From a virus: DNA of 64,000 nucleotides. Both the position numbers and the translations under genes were made by a program. Shown in pieces: positions 25,794-36,000 of this stretch; the stretch's first letter is position 1, and every line of letters starts with the position of its first letter. The notes below the pieces were generated by a model, which was given only the letters and a program-made list of their open reading frames with translations, was not told the DNA's origin and did no database searches. The stretch covers positions 7,214 through 71,213 of the IMG/VR virus record IMGVR_UViG_3300037245_001361, one strand, 5' to 3'.

Positions 25794-26711
25794 TTAGCAG
25801 TCCAAACAAATTCCTTGAGCAAATTTATGAGCTCTAAGGATAGTATCATTAGCACAATCGTATTGGCAATTGTCCATAAGTACTTCTGCTTTCTCTAACA
25901 TTAACCTTAATTCAATAAGTCGTTCATCAAATTTATCTGAACAACTACATTTTTCTTCGGCAGTAAGTAGTATTAATTTTCTTATAATGCTTTTTATTCT
26001 ACAAGTGAATAAAACAACATTTGTAACTCTATGTAATTCAGCACCAGCATCATCAAATAAAATGTATGTAATATGGTAAACACCATCAGCAAATTCATTA
26101 CTGTTTGGACAATTTCCCGCACCATAAATATCATTAAGATCAAAAGTAACTGTATCTGTATTTCCATTAGCTCCAATCGTTCCTGCAGCGTAAGCAACAG
26201 GTATTGTAGCAACTATATCTCCACTAACTGTTATTGTTCCAATCTTTCCATTGTACTCAACACCAAACTCAATAGCTTCAAGAACTATTGTGTCAGTAGT
26301 ACCTTCTAATAAAGAAGCTTGCCACTTTGTTTGAGAAGCAAGAACATTAATGTTGTTTATCAATAAAGCTATTGTAGTATCTATATCGGTAACAAAATAT
26401 TGTTGACCAATAATTACTCCATCTAAATCCACTATGATAACACCATTAGTTCCCGAAGAAACTACAAATTGAAACTTAGAACGAGTTCCAGGAGTCCAAC
26501 CAAAATCAAGATTAAAAAACTCAGTGCCATCAGGCATTTGAATATGAAATTTTGTACTTCCTACATCATCTCTTGATATGTTACTGTCAACACCATAACC
26601 ATCACAACAAGCATACTTGTCATAAAAATTAGGCATACAAGTAGTGTCAGTTAAGCTAACCACTTTACAGCAGTCACCTTGTTTTGTATTAAAGCTTAGA
26701 TTGAAGTTCAT
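25794..26711 (-). CDS. Cys-rich structural (collar/hub-like) protein
   Basis: FADGVYHITY and C-terminal KCSC...CQYDC...CLDC. Confidence 0.55.
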   Translation of the reverse strand: MNFNLSFNTKQGDCCKVVSLTDTTCMPNFYDKYACCDGYGVDSNISRDDVGSTKFHIQMPDGTEFFNLDFGWTPGTRSKFQFVVSSGTNGVIIVDLDGVIIGQQYFVTDIDTTIALLINNINVLASQTKWQASLLEGTTDTIVLEAIEFGVEYNGKIGTITVSGDIVATIPVAYAAGTIGANGNTDTVTFDLNDIYGAGNCPNSNEFADGVYHITYILFDDAGAELHRVTNVVLFTCRIKSIIRKLILLTAEEKCSCSDKFDERLIELRLMLEKAEVLMDNCQYDCANDTILRAHKFAQGICLDC

Positions 26712-26718
26712 AACGTAA

Positions 26719-26726
26719 CAAAAATA
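26719..26726 (-). promoter_or_regulatory. Bacteroidota -7 box (TATTTTTG)
   Basis: TAnnTTTG 7 nt upstream of the ATG at 26711. Confidence 0.45.
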
Positions 26727-26750
26727 GTATTTATAAATTGATTATCATAA

Positions 26751-29700
26751 TTATTCGGAAACACGCTCAATTAATTTTTGAGTGTTATTGACCAAAGTTA
26801 AAGGTAATCCTGTTAATTTAAATGTAACAGCGATAGCTTGCTTAGTTCCCCTACCAACATTGCCTTTAGCAAAATTTGCAACAGATTCACTACCCTCTTG
26901 AACTACGTGCTGAAAAGGGTCTTGTGCTGTTTGATACCAAGGATTACTATCTAACTGAGAGATAATGATGTTTAAAGCAGAGCCAACACCTTGAACTGAA
27001 CCAAGAGTCGTTTTTAAAGAGCCTATAGCATACTTCTCAATCAATTGGTCTTCATCATCATCATCGAATCCATTAAGGACTGTATGACGTAGTAAATCAA
27101 TTGTCGTAAGCATTATAGAAGTAGTAAGGGCAGTATTAGTTATACGCTTAAACAACTTCATTCTATTTTCATTAGTAGGATTGTTAGCGTAATCAATAAT
27201 GCCCTCAACAATAAGCATATTCATTTTCTGAGTAGCAGAACTAAACATTGTCAATCCACGAACAATAGGGTTGCTTGATTGTGATAATCTCGTTCTATTT
27301 GTTTGGTCAAATGTAGGTTGAGTTTTATCTACGATTTCTTGTAGTCGAGCTATATTATGCTGAGTTACTTGTGCTTCACTCATATTCTTAAAGTCAGCTT
27401 CTCCCATTCTATCTTGCGTTTCTAACTTAACTGCATTATAAAGCCTTACAATAGTAAGCGTATCCATAATTGTTATACTTTGCATTAGCCTACTCTTAGT
27501 AACGTATTTGTTAGTAAAGGGAATTTTAATTTTATCCTCAGCAATCATTTTTCCCATAACAGCTTCACCAGTTTCTCTCGAAACAACACCCTCAAATCTT
27601 TCTCTAAATAATGGGTCTTTGATTAACTCTTGATAATCAGCATTATCAGTTAATTGTCTCCACTCAATAGGCATCATAGTTTGGTCACCCGTACCCAACT
27701 GTTTTAATAGTTTCCAAGGATTTATAAAACTAACAGGCCCTAATGAACCTCCCGATTTTCTAATGTACTTAGAATTGATTACCTCTCCTGCAGTAATTAA
27801 AGATACTTGTTGTTTGAATACAACACCTAAATTCTTAGCAAGTAAAGCAACAGCAAAATTACCTTGAATCTTATTTATTAATTTACTTGCTTTCTGATCA
27901 CCTTGTGTAGAAAATAATGTTCCGCTATCTTGAAGCTTGTCAATAGTACCTTGAAGTGCTTCAATATATTGTTGGTCATCTTTAGTATTGTATTTTTTCT
28001 TTATAGAATTGATAGCTTTCTGAGCATTATGAATAGGAATAGCATAAGCAACATAAGAAGAATTGGAGAAGTTAATTCCAGATAATACTTGAAATGTATC
28101 TTCAATCCTAACAGCCTTATCACTCTCCATTCTTAATCTTAAAGAGCGCATATCATCAATTACATTTTTCTTTTTAGCAACCTCTAAATTTTCTGAACCA
28201 TGAAATACGGGAAAGTAGTTTTCAATCTTCTCCATATCGTAACCCTCCATCATTCTAAACTTCTCATTAACCTTTTCATAATTGTAATCCATAGCCATAT
28301 CAATCTCTTTAACAAGAGTCATAGCTTCTGAATCATTCTCAATCATTGATTTAATATCAGCTAACTGCTTTAATGTAAGTTTGAATTTAGTATCTAAATC
28401 AAAATCTCTACCCGGAATTGTTTTAAGTTGTAGTCCATTCTTTTGCAGACCTTTCTCAGCACCCTCTTGTCTTAACATTAAATAGACATTAAGTAATTCA
28501 GCTTTAGTTAACTGAACAGAGCTTTCTGTATTGCTTGAATCTAACGTGAAATTAACCGTTTCCAATTCGCTAATATCTGTTTTAGGATTATGGAAAATAG
28601 AACCAGCCATATAAGAGTTAGGGTTACTAACAAATATATCATTGAACCCTTGAGAGAAGGCTGCACGAACTCTTTTTGAATCATTCAGACCTTTGTATAT
28701 AACTTTGGAGAACGCAGAGCTTTCGCTTCCTGATAAGTATTTAGCCCATAAACGAGTATTAGTTATGTAGCTAATGGCTTTACCCATTGTCTTCATAATC
28801 TCTCTCATATATTTATTCTTAGATTTAAGATTATCCTTTCTCTTTTGGAAAGTTTCACTTAACTCCTTATCAATTTGATTGTTAATGTTTGATTCATCAC
28901 TAATTTTACCATTAGATTCATCAATATAAGAACCATCTCTCATAGCTTTATACTCAACAGCAATACCCAATTTAATTAAAGTATCATAAGCTTGTTGCTC
29001 TCTTTTGGTAAGTTCAATACTATTCGGTTTATCAGAGGCTAACTTTTCGCTTACCTTAGCCCAACTTTCTTTCTCAATAGCTTGAAAATTATCAATGAAA
29101 CTAATAAATGAAAAATCAATACCTGCATAATTATCTTTTCCCTCAGACAAAGCACCTGACAATTCTTTTAATCTCAGCCACCAAACATCAAGAGTTTCCT
29201 CTTTTAAGTTTTGAGCAATCTCTTTTTGCTTAGAAACACTGTCTTTGAAAACAATTTTACTAAACCCATCAGAAATAGCTTTGTTATGATCCGAAACTCC
29301 ACCTTTTTTATATTGAGGTTGTGAGTCTTGATAATTATAAGCTTCATTTCCTCTACTTAATGGAACACCTAATCTTTCATTTTTAGCAAACGAATCAGTA
29401 AGTATATCAACCATACTTGGAGCACCAAAAGTTTGTCTAATCATTTTCCAAAAATCATTTAAGAATTTCTCAAAAGAACTTGACATTTTATTTCCTGCAT
29501 ATTTTCTACCAATGAAAGTAACAAGCGCTTCCTCTCCATATTTAGCTATAGCTTGTTGAACTAAAGGAGTGTTACGGTACATATCAATATACTCGTGAGC
29601 AAACTCGTGTGGTACAGTTTCTAAATAAGAATCATTAGAATATGCTATTGCTGAGGTTATAGCACTCTTGTAGTGCATACCAACCTTTCCCGCAGGTATC

Positions 29701-30023
29701 TCTCTCCATTTTCCATCTTTATCAAACAGTCCATCTTTATAAATCTTCACATCAGGAAACAGTTTTTGCATCTCATCAATCATTTGAGCAGCAACTTCTG
29801 GATTCTTTTCTAAAGTATCTAAAGTAGATTTTGATTTAAAGAAATCTCCAACCAATCCAAACCCACTTTCAATAACAGACTTTCCTCTTTTAGATTTATT
29901 TACACCATCGGGAGATGGAATATCATAACCATTTTCAATATACTTTTTTATAGCACCTTCTGTTCCATGCTCCTTTACAAGAGCTTTCCAATCAGGGTGC
30001 GAAATATTAGGACACTTTGCCAT
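26751..30023 (-). CDS. large virion cargo protein with zincin-like metallopeptidase domain
   Basis: N-terminal CPN...W motif, HEFAH (29595-29609) followed by EEAL; helical C-terminal region. Confidence 0.7.
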   Translation of the reverse strand: MAKCPNISHPDWKALVKEHGTEGAIKKYIENGYDIPSPDGVNKSKRGKSVIESGFGLVGDFFKSKSTLDTLEKNPEVAAQMIDEMQKLFPDVKIYKDGLFDKDGKWREIPAGKVGMHYKSAITSAIAYSNDSYLETVPHEFAHEYIDMYRNTPLVQQAIAKYGEEALVTFIGRKYAGNKMSSSFEKFLNDFWKMIRQTFGAPSMVDILTDSFAKNERLGVPLSRGNEAYNYQDSQPQYKKGGVSDHNKAISDGFSKIVFKDSVSKQKEIAQNLKEETLDVWWLRLKELSGALSEGKDNYAGIDFSFISFIDNFQAIEKESWAKVSEKLASDKPNSIELTKREQQAYDTLIKLGIAVEYKAMRDGSYIDESNGKISDESNINNQIDKELSETFQKRKDNLKSKNKYMREIMKTMGKAISYITNTRLWAKYLSGSESSAFSKVIYKGLNDSKRVRAAFSQGFNDIFVSNPNSYMAGSIFHNPKTDISELETVNFTLDSSNTESSVQLTKAELLNVYLMLRQEGAEKGLQKNGLQLKTIPGRDFDLDTKFKLTLKQLADIKSMIENDSEAMTLVKEIDMAMDYNYEKVNEKFRMMEGYDMEKIENYFPVFHGSENLEVAKKKNVIDDMRSLRLRMESDKAVRIEDTFQVLSGINFSNSSYVAYAIPIHNAQKAINSIKKKYNTKDDQQYIEALQGTIDKLQDSGTLFSTQGDQKASKLINKIQGNFAVALLAKNLGVVFKQQVSLITAGEVINSKYIRKSGGSLGPVSFINPWKLLKQLGTGDQTMMPIEWRQLTDNADYQELIKDPLFRERFEGVVSRETGEAVMGKMIAEDKIKIPFTNKYVTKSRLMQSITIMDTLTIVRLYNAVKLETQDRMGEADFKNMSEAQVTQHNIARLQEIVDKTQPTFDQTNRTRLSQSSNPIVRGLTMFSSATQKMNMLIVEGIIDYANNPTNENRMKLFKRITNTALTTSIMLTTIDLLRHTVLNGFDDDDEDQLIEKYAIGSLKTTLGSVQGVGSALNIIISQLDSNPWYQTAQDPFQHVVQEGSESVANFAKGNVGRGTKQAIAVTFKLTGLPLTLVNNTQKLIERVSE

Positions 30024-33000
30024 TTATACATTTTTTAATTTCGTCAATTTCTTCTTGCGTAGAAGTATTTACATCTGCAATATTGTATGACGTAAAGTTA
30101 GCATTACTTTCAAAACCAGGTAACTTAGTAAAAATATTTCTTCCTTTATGTTTATAAACAACATCTTCATAGTTAACGTAATCTTCTGTTATGTTAAGCT
30201 CTAAATCTCCATTAGGAAACATCTTAGAAATGTTTTTCTGATAAGTAATCTTCTTAATCAAATCAGCATTAGCACCTGCTAAATTATCTCTTAATTGGTC
30301 TTTATACTTTTGATTGAAAGAACTTTCTTCCTCACGCTTCATTTCCATTATATCTCCCGTAATCGGGTCTATAAGTTCATCAGCTTCTTGCATAAGATTC
30401 ATTTCAGAAATAGACTTCTTAATTTTAGTAGCTTCTAATAATGCTTTAGTACGAATATCCATTGGCAAACCATCAATGAAACTTCCAATCTTATTGTTAG
30501 TACCGTATCTGTATAATTGGTAATCAATAATTTCTTTTGCAAGCTGTGGATCTAACTTCTGAATCTCTTTAAATCCTTCTTGAAAGTTCTTCATTGTTTC
30601 ATCAGTAGCTTTGAATTTAGGACTTAAGCTAACAATAACTTCTTCACTACCTTTAGTTAATTCTCTGAACTCTAAATTCTCAAAGAAAGCATTGTCATTA
30701 AATTTATCAACCGATTGAGATTGATGAATTTTAATTCTCGCTTCTTCAATATCAGATTTTAATAAGTCAACCGTAGTATTGTAACCTTTAGCATTAGAAT
30801 CTAAAATAGCTTCTTGTTCTTCAACAGTAGAAACATTATCTATTTGATTAATAAGATTCATTGTAGATTGAGAAACAGCAGAGTCAGACTTACCTAAAAC
30901 AACAGCATCATAAATAGACTTCATTCTATTAGAGAAATCTCCAATAAACTTTTCTACATTATCTCTTTGTTTAGAAACTTGCTTCTGAGCAATAGACATC
31001 ATCATTTGCTCTTTAAATCTTTTCTTAAACTCGAAAGCATTAGTTGATTTTTCAGCCAACTTTTCTACAACATTGTTTATTTCTGGATTAGCAGTTAATA
31101 AGTTTTGTTCATAAATAGACTTTTGCTTTTCAGCAACAGAAACTCTATACTGATTTGATGCTCTTTTAACAAGGCTATCAGTTGAGAAAGGTAACTCTCC
31201 GAACTCTTTTATACCTTGAAGTAATTGAGCGTTTAAATCAGCGTTATTTGGAAGACCTTTATCCAATTGAATATAGCTAATAACTTTAGCTAATCCATCA
31301 GAAACTTCTTTGAACTCTCTATATTTCTCTATTTCCTCAGAATGTTGAACATCAGCAGGATAGTTCTTTTTAAAGAATTGATTGAAAGATATTTTCTTAC
31401 CATCCTTTAGGAGTAAATTCTGATTATCAAAAGCTTCAACCATTTCAAGAATTGGCTCACTTGTTAAAAACTCAATGATTGGTTTATCATCTACACCTAA
31501 TAAAAGCATAGCATTACCTACATCAATAGTAGTTCCATTAATTCCAGTCATAGGAAGTATTGGGTCATTACCAATATCAAGAGCAGCTTGTAAGAATACA
31601 GCCAATTTATCTAAAGAATTGTTATTAAATTCTTGAAGTTCTATAGCTTTTCCTTGGTCATCTACACCAAATTTAATAGGAGTATTCAATTTTTCTTTAG
31701 CTTGACTTAAATAAGCCATCATCTTTCCTGCAATAGCAAAACGACCTGTAGCATCAGCACCCATTTTCATCTTGGTAGCTATATCAACCATATCATTTAC
31801 GGTAGATAAAGAATAAGAACCACTATCCTCTCCTAAAACATCAGTAAGAACTTTTCTTAAATCTTTAAAATCAAGAGTATTCTCTAATGAATTTTGAACA
31901 AACTGAGGTTTACTAATATTCTTATAGAACTCATTAAACAATCTTGTCTTAGGGCTAAATTTATTAAACGTTCCATCCTCATTGATTTCTTTTCGATAAA
32001 CCATTGCTTTATCTCCATCGTGATCCGAATCAGAAATGTGAACGAATTTATCTGAAAGAGTAACAACACTTGCATCAGTATCTAAAAAGTATTTAACTTC
32101 TCCAGCGAACATACTCATTTCAGCAGAAGCAGGAATACGAACAACAGCAACCTCTAATTTCTTTCCGTTACGTTGAGCTTCTGCCAACATTTCTTTAGCA
32201 TCACTTAACTTGTCAGCAAACATCTTATAAGAAACAGCAACCTCAAACCCATGCAATTTGTTTTCTCCATTTTGCATATCAGGTAATTGGTGCATAAAGT
32301 TTCCTGCCATATCCAACTTAATACCTTTCTTAGTCAGTCTACTTGAAACAAACTGTTCGTAAATCATTCTTAAACTTGGGTCATCAAAACTTTCAATAAG
32401 ATTACCTGCATTAGATGGGTTATTGTTCCAAGCTTCAACAGCTTTCAATAACTCAGAAGTAGAAGTTTTTTCTCTATCTTCTAAATCTTTAACAAATTCT
32501 CTAATCGTAGAGTTGTAACTTAATAACTTCTCCATTGTTCTACTATTCCTTAGATTACTTTTAAGGTAGTTTACAACAGCATCGTCATAAGAATCTATAT
32601 CAGACTGAGAAGCGTTGTTAAATTGAATGTTAGCAGCTTGTGTTGAGAATATAGCACTCTGTTCACTTGGATGCTTTAAAGTCTTATTAAGATTAAAAAG
32701 AACTCTATAGTTATCAAGTTTAACACTTTCAAAATTAGGTAAAGTTTGAGCTTCCCCTTGCTTCATTAATTCTTCAAGATTATATACATTAGATGGTTGC
32801 TCACTACCTTTGGTAGCACTATCATCCATTATCATTACGTAAGGAACAACACCATCTTTGGTGTGCTGTTTCTCAATATTCTTGATAAGTTTTGCAACAT
32901 TTGCATAACCCTCACCCATACCATCTAAGTTAGTACCATTCTCAGTATTCATTACGTTCAAGGTACTTCGTTTAAGATATAAAGATTTTCCAGTTGTAGG

Positions 33001-36000
33001 ATCTACTTGATAAACTTGGTCTTTAGAATTTATTCCCATTGGGTCTAAACTTCCCGACATCTCTTGTAGTTTCTTAGATAACTCAGTTCCATTAAAAGCA
33101 AATGAATCTCCAACGAAGTTATCACCATCAGGTTTACCACCATCATAATAAACCATCATTACAGGTCTATCTAATTCGATAATCTCTCCATTACTACTTG
33201 GACCACTTAATCTTTTTACTGCTTGTTCAACAGCACGCTTACTTGAATTAGGGTTAGAAAAATGCAAAGCAGAACCACCATAAATATCATTTAAGTAAGT
33301 TCTATTCAATGCTTCTGTATAGAAGTAATCATCTACCATTTCATCAATCGTAGAATACTTTTTGCCTTTTCCAACTTTAGTTTGAGAGAAAGCATCAGTT
33401 AGTCCATTGTCAGATAACAAGTCTTTAATTTCTTGAATATCTCCCTCGTACTTTTTCTTTAATTGATTACCAGGAGTAACAATTCCATTAGCATCTGCTT
33501 GATGAATATAAAGATTATTGAAATCCTTTCTCATCTGTTCTTTTTGCTCAGTTGTTAAGCCTTTCATCTTTTGCTTTAACAACTTTTCTAAAGAAGCAGC
33601 TTGTTTTTTATACTCAGTATCTAATTGAGTAGCAGTATAAGTAGGAACATCAAACATAAGAACACTATCTCTATTTGACATTACACCTAAAGTCTGCTTA
33701 TAATATTCAGAAGCAGTATTTGTAGCAAACTTGAATAGTTGATTAAGACTATAATCGTTTTTATTTTGCTGAGAATACTCTGCATTTTCTAAAGTGTTAA
33801 GGTTCTTCATAGAATCATGCTTAACATAATTCACTTTACCTTTTTTCTTAAAGTACTCTAATACAGAATTATTCTCGTAAACAATACTCTTTTGCATCGT
33901 TTCAATTCTCTTACTTTCTTTCTCGTTCTCAAACATTGAGTTGAGTTCACTTATCCAATGACCCGTTTGAGTAGATGAAACAGTATTTCCTGAGCCATTT
34001 AAGAAAGTATTCTGAACTAAAGATTCATCAGTAGCTCCCTCATAAATTTTAGTAGCCCATCCACTTATACCATCTTTTTTTCCAGATGTTCCACTCCATA
34101 CAGTTTCTTCTTTAGCTTGGTTTTGACCATTAAAATAAGATGAAAAAGAATGATACTTACCAGCTAAAGATGTAAAGAAATCTTCATCTGAAGTTTTAGT
34201 AGCTGTTCCAAATGAATCGATTATACCATTGATATTTGTAGCGTTAATATCTAAGCCATAAAGCTTGCTTAACACTTCCATTAATGGCTTTAAATCAGCC
34301 ATATCTCTACGCTTAATCTTAGCCTGATAACCTTTATCAAACATTTCAGAAAAGAATACACCATCTTGCGTTCCTTTCCAAGAATCAAAATTCAATTTAA
34401 CTTGACCAAGATTTTTATCCTTATTCTTTAAATGATTAGTTAATCTGTAAGTATAACTTCCATCTTCATTTTCTTGTCTATAAATATTACTACCCTCATA
34501 TTGTACTTGAATAAGAGAAGACAATGTTTTTACAACACCAGCCTTTTGACCTTTATCCAACTTACTAATGATTGTAATTAATCTTTTAGCAATAATGTTA
34601 TCTGCATCAGCATCAGCTTTCATTTGAACTGCAAGACCTCTTTGTTTGTAAGTCTTTTGAGAAGCATTAGAAATATACTGATAAATTAAATCAGCATTCA
34701 TCTTATACCCATTAGCATCTACAATCATCCCAAGTATTGCACGAACAGAAGAATTAATTTTCTTACTTGCTTTTACAGAATTGTTTTCAGAATCGGGAGT
34801 TCCATCTACATCTTGATTTTGGTCCTCATTAATTTCCTCTTCACTGATTTCAAGATTAGTATTCATCATAGAATTAACTACTCTGTCTACAACTTGATAA
34901 ATATCATTCTGATTCTTCTTTAAATTGTCAGCGAAAGAAAGAATATTTTCATAAGTCAAATCAGTATTACCCATATCAATACCATCGAAAACTAAGTCAT
35001 CACTTACTTTCAAATTTCCTTCTTTCTCAGCATTGTATCTTTTCATCAATACACCAACTGAAGCAATAATTAAATCCTCCTTATTCTTTCTATCGAAATA
35101 GAACTTCTTGTCTGTTATATTATCTATCTGTTGTTTCATCAATGATGAACTAACAAGATCTACTGTCTTTAAAAATCGAGGATTTACATCGGCTTTTCTC
35201 TGATTTTTATTCATACCAGAAAGAGCAGCTATCCCAACAGAATAGGGTTTGTTCTTTAGTATTAATCCATCAGTTAATATTCCAACTATATCTCTCGATT
35301 TTGATTTTGAAAAGAAACGTTTAATTTTATTCCAAAATCGTTTAGCAAACTCTTTAAACTTCTCTAAAGCAGAACCTTCAAATTTAACCTTAAGTTTAGA
35401 TAAAGAGTCTTGTGCCAATGCTTCTGTTAATGCTTCGTTTAATTGCTCCTTTCTCGTTTTATCAGGATATAAAGCAATAGCATCTAAATCAAATTGAGTT
35501 CCCTCAATCATCTCGTAACCTGCTTTAACTAAAGGATGATTATCCCCTAATATTTCCAAATAAACGTGAGCGTATTCGTGTATTAATGAAGACTGTATAG
35601 CTTCATTTTTATTAATTTCAATTCCTCCGTCAACAATTCTTGCTAAAATCTTAGCACCATATTTACTTCCTAAATCACTAACTTCTTTTACAGAAAGATT
35701 AGGGAATATTTTACCAAAATGATTTTTAATTTTAGTGTAAAGCTCTGGGTTATCTCTAACTAAAGAGTTGTCATATAACTCATCATTAGGCTTTTTCTCA
35801 GACCTTTCTCTTTGCTCAACATTAAATCCATCCAAGAAAGAAATTAAGTCAGTTTTCTTCTTTGATTCCTGCTCTGTAGAATTCTTCTCAGCAACTTCCG
35901 CACGTTTTACTTGCTCTGCTATTAATTCTGATTTACGAGCTTCTGTAACTTCTGTTTCAGCTAATTCCTCTTGAATATCTTCATTGGATAATTCAGTAGA

